Assembly (NCBI GenBank): GCA_050261115.1
Contig: JBLNCY010000061.1
Coordinates: 1-22,238, forward strand
DNA: 22,238 nt
Origin: Methanocella sp.
GTDB taxonomy: Archaea > Thermoproteota > Bathyarchaeia > Bathyarchaeales > Bathycorpusculaceae
Reading direction: 5' to 3'
Every line of letters begins with the position of its first letter. Position 1 is the stretch's first letter. Position numbers and translations under genes: made by a program. The notes beneath the pieces are model-generated. The model saw nothing but the letters and a program-made list of their open reading frames with translations, had not been told where the DNA came from and did no database searches. Shown piece after piece: positions 9,328 through 17,764 of this stretch.

Positions 9328-10153
9328 ACTTGCAACCTCCATGCATATCTGCCAACACACTGCTCAACCGTTCTTCCGGCAGCATGGTGCGTTGTCTTAG
9401 GATTAACTCGTCAAAATCTACCAAGTGACCGTCAAATTCTGCGCCATCAACACAGCCAAAGAGCATCTTGCCGCCGACTGTGACGCGGCAAACGCCACAC
9501 ATACCCATGCCGTCAATCATTATGGGTGTTAAGGTGACGACTGTTGGGATACCGAAGGGTTTGGTGATGGCGCTGACGTCTTTCATGAGTATAACTGGAC
9601 CCATAACGACGCAGCGGTCGAACTTTTCTTTCTCGCAGAGTTCCTTGAGGAAATCTAGACCTTTGTAGCCTCTTGAGCCATCGTCGGTTGCGATGATGAC
9701 TTCATCACTATATCGCTTAGCTTCATCTTCCATCATAATGAAAGGCGCTGTACGGGCACCCAAAACAGTAGTAACATGGTTACCTGCTTCCTTCATAGCT
9801 TTCGACTGAAGCAGCAGGGGCGCTATCATGACGCTGCCGCCGACACAGAGCACTTTACCATACTTTTTGATTTCAGAGGGGTTGCCTAGGGGGCCTGTTA
9901 CGTTGCCGATTTCTTCTCCGACCTCAAGCTTACCTAGGTCTTTGGTTGTTTTTCCAACTTCATGGAATGCAAAGGAAACTGTTCCTTTTTTAGCGTCATA
10001 GCCACAGATGGTTAAGGGGATACGTTCTGCTTTTTCACCGTGTATGATGATTAGGAATTGGCCAGGGTTTGATTTTGCGGCGATGTCTGGAGCGTACACT
10101 TCAAAGAGTTTGATTTTTGGAACCAATTCGGTTTTACTTACTATCTTGTACAT
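9308..10153 (-). CDS. nfnA: FAD/NAD-binding [2Fe-2S] subunit of NfnAB / sulfide dehydrogenase (NfnA/SudB)
   Basis: PGQFLII...ERIPLT, GPLG, TDDGS, MIDGMGMCGVCRV...CVDG.EFDGH (Asp-ligated 2Fe-2S motif). Overlaps the downstream nfnB. Confidence 0.9.
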   Translation of the reverse strand: MYKIVSKTELVPKIKLFEVYAPDIAAKSNPGQFLIIIHGEKAERIPLTICGYDAKKGTVSFAFHEVGKTTKDLGKLEVGEEIGNVTGPLGNPSEIKKYGKVLCVGGSVMIAPLLLQSKAMKEAGNHVTTVLGARTAPFIMMEDEAKRYSDEVIIATDDGSRGYKGLDFLKELCEKEKFDRCVVMGPVILMKDVSAITKPFGIPTVVTLTPIMIDGMGMCGVCRVTVGGKMLFGCVDGAEFDGHLVDFDELILRQRTMLPEERLSSVLADMHGGCKCGRNKA

Positions 10154-11362
10154 TTACTGTTTCTCCTCCTCCGCTTTGGCTTTGGGTAGATTCTGGATTT
10201 TCTGGTAGAATTCCTCGACTTTCTGTTCTAAGTCGCCTTGGCAGCGTGGGGATGCCTCGTATAGTGTGAAGCGGTCGAGTAAGCCTTTTTTCTGTAGGAC
10301 ATTTAACATAACGCCAAGGTTGCGTTCTGCGGTGTCTCGGCCTTCTTGTAGCTTGCAGTCCCTCGATGGGCAGACAATCGCCATAACCCCGTCAAAGCCG
10401 CAGCTAAGCGCGTTGACGACATGAACAGGATCAAGGGATTTGAAGCATGGAACCTCCAAGGTTAAGACATTCTTGCCTTCGAATGCCTTGTTGGGGTTAT
10501 CTAGCGCTTTGAACTCTGACCATTGACATACAAACGCCAATACTGTGGGGCCTTCGAGTTTGTTCTTTATTTCGGTTGCACATTCGCTGTAGCGTTTGAG
10601 CACGTTTTCGAATTCAAAGCCTTTGACCTGTATGGCGTGGTGTGGACAAACCAGCTGACAGGCGCCGCAACCGACGCATTTCTCCTCGACAAGTTTAGGC
10701 GTTGCGAAGGGTTCAAATTCCAGCGCCTTGTAGGGACAGATGAAGATGCATTTGTCGCAGCCTACGCATTCCAGCACGTCATAGACTGCTTTGCGCGAGA
10801 ACTTTACGACTTTCACTGCGTCCTCGGGGTACCCTAACTGTTCAAGGACGTTTTTTGCGAGGGTGAGCCTGCGGGCGTTGATTTTTGTGCCTTCTTTATA
10901 GCGGCAGAAGGGGTCTTCGCATTGAATTGAGACTATGTTTTTGATGCCGCTGTTTAGGGCTGCAAAGATGAAGTCTGTTGGGACTCGGCCCGCGCAGGGT
11001 AACCGTAAGGTGAGGTAATCTTGGGTGTTTATGCCTTGGGCTTTTAGGATGTCTTTTACTTCGCCGGTGTTTGGTGAGTTCCCGCGGCACATCATGACGA
11101 GTGTTTCGGTTTGGGGTGCTTTTTGCTGGGCCTGTTTTAGGTACTCGGTTAGGTTGTCGTAGGTGTAATATTGCATTTTTATGGCTGAAGCTGGGCAAGC
11201 ACTGTAGCATATGCCGCATACCTGGCAATCTTTGATGTTAACGTTCACTTTACCGTCAGCGTCGCGTTTTATGGCGTCGTATGGGCAGATGGATTGGCAA
11301 ACGTAACATCGGCTACATAAGTCTTGATTAACCTCAACTACCGCGAGACAATTCTCACTCAT
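10154..11362 (-). CDS. polyferredoxin with two MvhD/FlpD-like [2Fe-2S] domains
   Basis: Four CxxCxxCxxxCP motifs arranged 2+2. Each pair is followed by an MvhD-like segment (RLPCAGR...C....C.Y..G; FVCQW...VPC...GFDGV...C....C...G). Confidence 0.85.
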   Translation of the reverse strand: MSENCLAVVEVNQDLCSRCYVCQSICPYDAIKRDADGKVNVNIKDCQVCGICYSACPASAIKMQYYTYDNLTEYLKQAQQKAPQTETLVMMCRGNSPNTGEVKDILKAQGINTQDYLTLRLPCAGRVPTDFIFAALNSGIKNIVSIQCEDPFCRYKEGTKINARRLTLAKNVLEQLGYPEDAVKVVKFSRKAVYDVLECVGCDKCIFICPYKALEFEPFATPKLVEEKCVGCGACQLVCPHHAIQVKGFEFENVLKRYSECATEIKNKLEGPTVLAFVCQWSEFKALDNPNKAFEGKNVLTLEVPCFKSLDPVHVVNALSCGFDGVMAIVCPSRDCKLQEGRDTAERNLGVMLNVLQKKGLLDRFTLYEASPRCQGDLEQKVEEFYQKIQNLPKAKAEEEKQ

Positions 11363-11692
11363 GCGTATCCCTTTGCGCTTTCCAAGGTTAACTTTTGCCT
11401 TAGCGTGTAGGCTAAAGCTTTTGAAAACACAAAAAGGCTTTATGCACCATATAATTCTTCCTCTGGGTTTTGCGGAAATCCCCTTAACAAATGTATGATT
11501 TGCCGGTTTTTAGGTAAAGTATGACTGGCGGTCTAGTTTACAAAAGGTTGCATCCCAGAGCAGGAAGCACTCACCCAAAGATTAAACGGTAAAAAGGAAG
11601 TGGAGGAAGCGTCTACTCTGCCAGAGACCCACCGCCATTATATAGGCAAAAGGCTAGCCCTGCAAGAGAATTGGCGAGCTATCGTGAAGGGG

Positions 11693-12628
11693 TTACTGTT
11701 TTTTGTAGTAGGGTCGTCGAATGTAAGCAAACGCTTCAAGCGCAGCCGTGATTCCTTGTCCAACAGCGGTGCCCACCTGCTTAACCGGATAATTAGTTAC
11801 ATCTCCAGCGCCAAAGACGCCCTCTATGTTGGTGCGTTGGCGAATGTCGACCTTTATGTGGCCGTTCTCATCCACTTCGATGCCCGCCGCGGCTGCCAGC
11901 TGACTATTGGGGGCCTCACCCACCTGCACAAACACGGCGTCAACCAATAACTCGCTTGTTTGGCTAGTATCATTCTTCTGCAGCGTAATTGAGCGGACCT
12001 GTTTGTCGCCCTTGATTTCTTTGACTTCTGTATTAAAGAGGATGTTGACGTTGGCTTTTTCTTTGATGTCTTTAACGATTGATTCCTCAGCGCGGAATGC
12101 ATCTCGCCTATGAATTACTGTGACTTGGTTAGCTAAGCCTGAGAGGTAGCTTGTTGTGGTGCACGCCGAGTTCCCACCGCCGACCACAACCACATTCTTG
12201 CCTTTGAAAAAGGGGCCATCGCATACACCGCAGTAACTGACGCCTCGTCCACGGAACTCTTTTTCGCCTTTAGCGCCGAACTCCTTGTAATGTGAGCCGG
12301 TGGCGATGATGACGGCTTTAGCGGCGTATGTCACTAGCGTTGTGGTTACGGTTTTCATTTCGCCTGATAAGCTCATGCCTGTTACTGCTTCTATATCATG
12401 TATACTTGCACCCAGACTACGAGCGTGATCAGCCATCTTCATAGCAAGCTCACTACCACTAATCGATGTGAAGCCAGGGTAATTTTCAATAGTGGGGGCA
12501 TCAGCGATAGTGCCTCCAGCAAACTTTTCATCTAGTACCAAGGTTTTTAGTCCACTGCGAACTGCGTATATTGCCGCAGCGCATCCTGCTGAACCAGCGC
12601 CAACGATGATAACATCCCAGTTTTCCAT
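11693..12628 (-). CDS. trxB: thioredoxin reductase
   Basis: GAGSAG, IENYPG, GRGVSYCGVCDG, GGGNSA, HRRDAFRA, FGAGDV. ATG at 12628. Confidence 0.95.
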   Translation of the reverse strand: MENWDVIIVGAGSAGCAAAIYAVRSGLKTLVLDEKFAGGTIADAPTIENYPGFTSISGSELAMKMADHARSLGASIHDIEAVTGMSLSGEMKTVTTTLVTYAAKAVIIATGSHYKEFGAKGEKEFRGRGVSYCGVCDGPFFKGKNVVVVGGGNSACTTTSYLSGLANQVTVIHRRDAFRAEESIVKDIKEKANVNILFNTEVKEIKGDKQVRSITLQKNDTSQTSELLVDAVFVQVGEAPNSQLAAAAGIEVDENGHIKVDIRQRTNIEGVFGAGDVTNYPVKQVGTAVGQGITAALEAFAYIRRPYYKKQ

Positions 12629-12689
12629 AACAGAACTCCAAAATATTATTTGCAAAGGTAGGTTTAAGAATTGTTCGATGACAGATGTC

Positions 12690-13463
12690 TTATTTAGTTA
12701 ACACTGCAACCGCATTGAGGGGTTTAGTTATGGCTCGCCGGAGTGTGGGTAAATCTTCTCTACGCAGGGTAGTTAAAAGCACAGTTGAGGGACCCGCAGA
12801 TTTCTTGACACCCACCGCCGCTTGGTCTATAAGTGTGTAGTCCAAGTTGGCGCCTTGGGAAAGCGTTTGGATTTCATGGAGAATGCCTGTTGAGCCTACG
12901 GGAATAATTTCATGAATAAACTCGAGGCTTAGAAGGATTAGGAGGTCGGTTGTTTGGGCAATTTTACCCTCTCGCTCAGCAGGCAACACCTCATCGCCAA
13001 CACATGGCAAGCCAACAGCCACGACTATATCCTCCGGCTGTGAAGTCCCAATTCTTAACTGGCCAACCTGGCAGTTGCCAATAGCAGTTAACCCAATACC
13101 GGTCTGCTCAACTACCATGTTCTTCTCTGTGCTACCCATCAAAGCATATTCAGGGTCTAACCCCGCCAGCTTTGCTTCCTCGCATATGCCTTCCAAGATT
13201 TCAGCGCCCGTCGGTTTAGCTTCAACGCCCAGGGCATCCACGATGCAAATTGGGGTGGCGCCGGCAGCTAATAGCTCCATTAATGCTGCTCGGGCGGTGA
13301 ATTTGCCTAAAATGTAGCCGCTGACTTTGAGTTTATCCAGTGGTTTGGGGCCTATGCCGCCTGAGGAGTCACATGCGATAACAATCAGTTGGTTGCCGGG
13401 AAGTTGAAAAAGAAGGAGATCGCGGTTGGTTTTGATTGGGGTTAATGGGGGGTTGGTTGTCAA
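12690..13463 (-). CDS. cblS: PurM/AIR-synthase-like kinase, alpha-ribazole kinase-like
   Basis: RDL...VIACDSSGGIGPK..D, GSTEKN..V.QTGIG, EIIPVGSTGI..E, KKSAGPST. TTG start overlapping the upstream stop (TTGA at 13460-13463). Paired with an ECF S component as in cblT-cblS. Confidence 0.75.
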   Translation of the reverse strand: MTTNPPLTPIKTNRDLLLFQLPGNQLIVIACDSSGGIGPKPLDKLKVSGYILGKFTARAALMELLAAGATPICIVDALGVEAKPTGAEILEGICEEAKLAGLDPEYALMGSTEKNMVVEQTGIGLTAIGNCQVGQLRIGTSQPEDIVVAVGLPCVGDEVLPAEREGKIAQTTDLLILLSLEFIHEIIPVGSTGILHEIQTLSQGANLDYTLIDQAAVGVKKSAGPSTVLLTTLRREDLPTLRRAITKPLNAVAVLTK

Positions 13464-13978
13464 ACTTTGAGTCTGCCTCTCACGCCAATGTATGCTGCGG
13501 TGGCGACCGCTGCGTTTACTGATGCGCCGATTACCAGTGATGGCACAAGCGCAATTGCGACAGCTAATCCGCCCAGCCACGGCGACAAGGGAAACACAAC
13601 TACCGTATTAATGATTACTGCGGCGATAACTCCAGGGATGAAGCCCCAGTTTTTGTTCATCTTAATTGCCAACGCTATGGATATACCTGCTAGCGCCATT
13701 GCTATTGCTATGGGTAGGTGTAGCCAACCGAAGGGGAACCCGTGAACAATGGCGGTTGCAAGGTGACCGAAGCTGCAGACGAATGCGCCTTCGTATAGTC
13801 CGAAGTATAGGGCTGCAAAGAAGCCTGCGCAGGAGTCAAACGCGAGGGAGGCGATGGGGCTGGGTATGGTTAGGTATGAGCCGACGACGGCGAGTGCGGT
13901 GAATATTGCTGTGGCTGCTATTCGTTTGGTTGTTGAGATTTGGTTTTGGAATTTTAGCGTGGTGTTTGTTTGGGTCAT
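13460..13978 (-). CDS. cblT: ECF transporter S component, alpha-ribazole transporter-like
   Basis: Hydrophobic 172 aa. IPSPIASLAFDS.AGF, GHLATA...GFP...H motifs. Confidence 0.75.
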   Translation of the reverse strand: MTQTNTTLKFQNQISTTKRIAATAIFTALAVVGSYLTIPSPIASLAFDSCAGFFAALYFGLYEGAFVCSFGHLATAIVHGFPFGWLHLPIAIAMALAGISIALAIKMNKNWGFIPGVIAAVIINTVVVFPLSPWLGGLAVAIALVPSLVIGASVNAAVATAAYIGVRGRLKV

Positions 13979-14123
13979 TTTTGGTCGGCTGTTAACTTTT
14001 GCCTATGGATAAAAGGATTATTCCACGTATTACAATCGTAGTGTGTGCATGTATGATTTTGGGAGCCGTTAAACTGATAAACCAGAAGCACCCAAGTTTA
14101 AACGGTTTTGGAGGATTAATTAT

Positions 14124-15896
14124 TTGGCTAGGTACAGATGCACAGTCTGCAATTGGGTTTATGATGACGCAAAAGAGAAAGTAAAATTTTCAGAGCTACC
14201 AAAAGAGTGGGTTTGCCCAATCTGCGGTGCACCTAAATCAGCCTTTGTACTGCTCTCAGAAGAAGCAGCAACAGAACCCCAACCCGAAAAAACAACTGAA
14301 CACACGGTTTCCGACATACTAATCAACCAGATTTCAGCTTGGGGCATCAAATACGTCTTTGGCATACCCGGCACATCCACACTCGGCATCGTGGACGCCA
14401 TCCGAAAAACCCAAAGCAAAGTACAATACATCCAGGTTCGCCACGAGGAAACCGCAGCCTTCATGGCTTCAGCCTATGGAAAACTCACGGGGCACATAGC
14501 GGCGGTTTTGGGGATTTCTGGCCCAGGCGCAACCAACCTCGCAACAGGACTCTATGATGCCCAATTAGATCATGCACCAGTTTTGGCATTGACTGGTATG
14601 GTTCCCCGTAAACGCATAGGTCAAGGTGCGGTACAGGAGATTGATCAGCAAGCCTTCTTTGAACCCCTCACAGTCTACAACAAGACTCTGATGGCGCCTG
14701 AACAAACTACTTCACTTGCCACCCTAGCAATAAAGTACGCTCTTTTAGATCAGGGCGTTGCCCACATCGGCATACCTAACGATGTACAAAAGATGCCTTA
14801 CGAAGCAGAAATCCAACCCTTCGAGGGTCGAATGCCTAACCTAGCTTACGGTCAGGAGGAGTGGGTGATTGAAAAAGCCGCCAAAGTCATCGACCAAGCC
14901 ACGCGGCCTGTAATCCTTGCCGGGTTTGGGGCACGTGGACAAGGCAACAAGCTGCTTGCGTTAGCGGCAAAGATAGGGGCGCCGATTATTTCCACCTTCC
15001 GCGCCAAAGGCATCGTAGACGAAACCGAAGCCCTATACGTAGGTAGCCATGGAGGCATCGGCAGCACCGCCGCAGGCGAACTTATGAATAAAGCCGACTT
15101 GCTAGTGGCCATCGGCACCTCATTTTCTGATCTCTCACAGATACCCAAAAAGCGCACGGTCCAAATTGACATCAACCCCTTAATGATTGCACGGCGCTAT
15201 CCCGTCGAGGTGGGCTTGTTGGGTAACAGTGCAGTCCTAATTCCCAAACTCACCGAAAAAGTAACCCAAAAAGACAACAAACCCTACCTATACGAGATCA
15301 GCAAACTCAAAGAGGCATGGCAAAAGCAAATCGAAAAAGAAGCCGACCCCAACGCCAAACCCATCCGGGCACCCTACATCATGAAGGTACTCACCGAAAA
15401 AGTCGCAGCCGACGCCATAATCTCTCTTGACGTAGGCGAAAACTGCTGGTGGTTTGGACGGAACTTCCTGATGAAGAAGACCCAAAGAATGATTATGAGC
15501 GGTACCTTGGCAACGATGGGCTTTGGGTTGCCGGGGGCGTTAGCTGCCGCTTTGGCGTACCCCAATAGGCAAGTTGTTTGCATCACAGGCGATGGCGGCC
15601 TAACGATGGTGCTTGGCGACTTCTTGACGGCGCTAAAGTACAATTTGGCAGTAAAAGTGTTTGTTATTAACAATAAGCATCTGGGGATGATTATGCAGGA
15701 GCAAAAAGTTGAGGGCTATGAACGGTGGCAGACGGAACTACATGATTACAGCTTCTCCGATTTCGCCGAGCACTCAGGCGGACTGGGCATTAAAGTAACA
15801 GAGCCATCAGAACTTCCAGACGCAGTTGATATGGCACTAAAGTCAGATAAACCCACAATCGTTGACATTGACACAGACCCCAAACGATTCGTATAA
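14124..15896 (+). CDS. rubredoxin-domain fused TPP/FAD-dependent pyruvate oxidase/acetolactate synthase-like enzyme
   Basis: N-terminal CTVC.WVYD...WVCPICGAPKSAF rubredoxin. VRHEETAAFMASAYGKLTG, GPGATN, MGFGLPGA, GDGG...NN. GGAGG at 14110-14114 before TTG. Confidence 0.9.
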   Translation: MARYRCTVCNWVYDDAKEKVKFSELPKEWVCPICGAPKSAFVLLSEEAATEPQPEKTTEHTVSDILINQISAWGIKYVFGIPGTSTLGIVDAIRKTQSKVQYIQVRHEETAAFMASAYGKLTGHIAAVLGISGPGATNLATGLYDAQLDHAPVLALTGMVPRKRIGQGAVQEIDQQAFFEPLTVYNKTLMAPEQTTSLATLAIKYALLDQGVAHIGIPNDVQKMPYEAEIQPFEGRMPNLAYGQEEWVIEKAAKVIDQATRPVILAGFGARGQGNKLLALAAKIGAPIISTFRAKGIVDETEALYVGSHGGIGSTAAGELMNKADLLVAIGTSFSDLSQIPKKRTVQIDINPLMIARRYPVEVGLLGNSAVLIPKLTEKVTQKDNKPYLYEISKLKEAWQKQIEKEADPNAKPIRAPYIMKVLTEKVAADAIISLDVGENCWWFGRNFLMKKTQRMIMSGTLATMGFGLPGALAAALAYPNRQVVCITGDGGLTMVLGDFLTALKYNLAVKVFVINNKHLGMIMQEQKVEGYERWQTELHDYSFSDFAEHSGGLGIKVTEPSELPDAVDMALKSDKPTIVDIDTDPKRFV

Positions 15897-15898
15897 CG

Positions 15899-15918
15899 CT
15901 AGGCGTCTGAACGCCTAG
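15899..15918. terminator. hairpin right after stop codon
   Basis: CTAGGCGT-CTGA-ACGCCTAG, a perfect 8-bp stem. No U-tract follows, so terminator function is uncertain. Confidence 0.4.
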
Positions 15919-16039
15919 GAGCAAAGTATGGTTAATAATTAGCAGCCTGTGCCCTGTCAGCCCCCAAAACAGCCATATTTATGGAGCGCAGAAACAAAAC
16001 TCTAATATTAACAAATGCAATCTCTATTCCAGCACGTGT

Positions 16040-16117
16040 GGGCCGGTCGTCTAGCCTGGTTAGGACGTTGGCTTTACGAGCCAAAGGTCGATGGTTCAAG
16101 TCCGTCTCGGCCCACCA
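16040..16117 (+). tRNA. tRNA-Val(TAC), CCA encoded, no intron
   Basis: Acceptor GGGCCGG/TCGGCCC-A-CCA. Anticodon arm TTGGC-TT-TAC-GA-GCCAA. T arm GATGG-TTCAAGT-CCGTC. Confidence 0.97.
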
Positions 16118-16330
16118 CTTTTCCATTTTCAAGCCTAAACCAGCACTATTTACTTCCAAGCATTTACTTCCATTTACTTCCATCTTATTTAGAGCAGAGC
16201 ATTCGATTGGGTGATAGTGATACTTGCGTTTTCCCCCACTATACCCATCATAATGTTGTATCCTTGCAGATGTGCCTCTAAGTTGTAAAAGGCCTAACCT
16301 ATTGCAAACGGGACAAACTGCCTTTGTCAT
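16040..16330 (-). CDS. putative N-terminal fragment (intN) of a split SSV-type integrase, running antisense into the tRNA
   Basis: MTKAVCPVC...RIQHY..Y...KR...H small domain. The frame stays open through the tRNA (WWAETDLNHRPLARKA is antisense tRNA) to a stop at 15932. A paralogue lies at 18898-19023. Integrase identity is inferred from the geometry. Confidence 0.55.
16148..16181 (+). repeat. three direct copies of ATTTACTTCC
   Basis: Copies at 16148-16157, 16162-16171 and 16172-16181. Confidence 0.85.
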
Positions 16331-16492
16331 TTACCTTCTTTCCCTTCTTATTCTTTCAAAATCACTCGTGCTTCAATTTAAGGGTCTGGTTATCTGAAGT
16401 TACGGACTTCACAAAAAATATCTAATATTATTCTTGGGTTACGCCTTGGTAGTTTCGTGTTTCTTCCGTAAAATTTGCCCTTTACCGTATTA

Positions 16493-17287
16493 TTACAATT
16501 CTGATTGTACAACCGAGAACTTGAACTCGGGAAATTTCTCCTCGCTAAGAATTTTATTGATTGGTACTAGGTCTTTCTCTAAATGACTGGTTAATAGTTT
16601 CGCATCCTCTAAGTTATCACAGTCAACAATTAGGTCATTTCCCTGAAAGACTGCGCTACTTATACTAAGATGTGCTTTCCAGAACGGTATACTGTCTGCT
16701 TTTAGTAAACCATTTGCGGCTAGTAAATTGTAGAGAACTCTTGTCGTTCGAGCCGAGGTTATGTCACAACCATCCAAGAGCCTAAAGACTGCACAGATTA
16801 ATCTTAACCGAACATTCGGTATAATCTCATGTTTTGGGACTAGATTCAAGTCAGTATGCGAGGAATGGAATTTTACAACGTATTTTAGACATCTAAAGAC
16901 ATCTTTTCCTAGAATATCCTCGAGCATTGTAAATTCATGACTTTCCATAACTTTTATTGAATTTTCGTTATGTTTGCTTTTTTCCTCTTCCTTGGTTATT
17001 AAAAGACCTATGTCATGTATCCAGATTGCTAGTGTTAACAGATAGTTTTCTTGTTCAGTAAAGGTATAGCCTAGCTTTGAGATATTTAGTGAATAATTAT
17101 TAAAAATAGTCATTAAGTTAAGCGAATGCTGAATTCCATGGTCAGTATAATCTGGGACAGCACGTGGAAGGAACCCGAGCACTTGCCTAACAAAGGATAC
17201 GGTCTCTTGGATTTTGACCTTATGCTGTTCGGTTAGATTCGTATCTATGAGATTGCTGATTTCTGCGTATATTTGTGGTTCCTTCAA
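16493..17287 (-). CDS. stand-alone HD-domain phosphohydrolase, HD-CE-like
   Basis: YTDHGIQHS...LAIWIHDIG...KHN..S...KFH...RLLDGCD...R...S..FWKAH. Start overlaps the wHTH stop (TTGA). Confidence 0.8.
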   Translation of the reverse strand: MKEPQIYAEISNLIDTNLTEQHKVKIQETVSFVRQVLGFLPRAVPDYTDHGIQHSLNLMTIFNNYSLNISKLGYTFTEQENYLLTLAIWIHDIGLLITKEEEKSKHNENSIKVMESHEFTMLEDILGKDVFRCLKYVVKFHSSHTDLNLVPKHEIIPNVRLRLICAVFRLLDGCDITSARTTRVLYNLLAANGLLKADSIPFWKAHLSISSAVFQGNDLIVDCDNLEDAKLLTSHLEKDLVPINKILSEEKFPEFKFSVVQSEL

Positions 17288-17592
17288 CTCGGGTGTGTAG
17301 GCGTCCAGTATTCTTCACAGACTTTCTCGATTGTCTGTTTTGCTTCGCCAGCTACGTAGAGTAGTCTGCCAGGTCTACCTTTCTCCGTTTCGCCGTATTC
17401 AGCCTTAACGATTCCCCAGTCGAATAACGTTCTAAGGGCATTCATTACAGTAGATTGTCCAATACCTTCTTTTTCTAACGAGTCACGGAGTTTAGTGAAC
17501 CAAATTTTCTCGCCTTTTTTGTTGAACTTTAATATTGCACAGGCGATTTTGAACTCTTTTGAAAGAAGCTCATCTTTTCCTTTTGCGGACAA
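17284..17592 (-). CDS. winged-helix protein
   Basis: WFTKLRDSL...QSTVMNALRTLFDWGIVKAEY...GRPGRLLYV HTH plus wing. GGGAG 8 nt upstream of TTG. Confidence 0.8.
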   Translation of the reverse strand: MSAKGKDELLSKEFKIACAILKFNKKGEKIWFTKLRDSLEKEGIGQSTVMNALRTLFDWGIVKAEYGETEKGRPGRLLYVAGEAKQTIEKVCEEYWTPTHPS

Positions 17593-17721
17593 TTCTCATA
17601 CTCCCTAGTGGCGTTGGTTTGGATAATGAATTACGGTAACTCGGTATAAAACAGTTGTGGTTTCGAACTAAGTTCTGTTTTTTGTAACTCACTTCTAAAA
17701 CCAATACTAGAGTGTTTTTCA

Positions 17722-17736
17722 AAGGTTATAAACCTT
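17722..17736. promoter_or_regulatory. palindrome overlapping a TATA-like box in the divergent intergenic region
   Basis: AAGGTT-ATA-AACCTT containing TTATAAA, about 33 nt upstream of ATG 17765. Confidence 0.45.
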
Positions 17737-17764
17737 ATTAGATAATCAGTTACCTATTAGTGGC

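Noticed and set aside
13464-13580. N-terminal extension of the cblS-like ORF
   Set aside because: It overlaps cblT in another frame; the TTG at 13463 gives a normal coupled start.
1926-15673. Numerous antisense or alternative-frame ORFs inside the metabolic genes
   Set aside because: They are shadows of well-supported genes and carry no recognisable motifs.
16148-16181. Short repeats as a CRISPR array
   Set aside because: 10-bp units with no spacers and no cas genes.
15981-16281. Plus-strand ORFs spanning the tRNA
   Set aside because: Sense translations of tRNA-Val with no protein features.
16001-16430. TCTAATATTA repeated at 16001 and 16421 as a possible target-site duplication
   Set aside because: An AT-rich, TATA-like 10-mer that does not match the element boundary; plausibly chance or promoter sequence.
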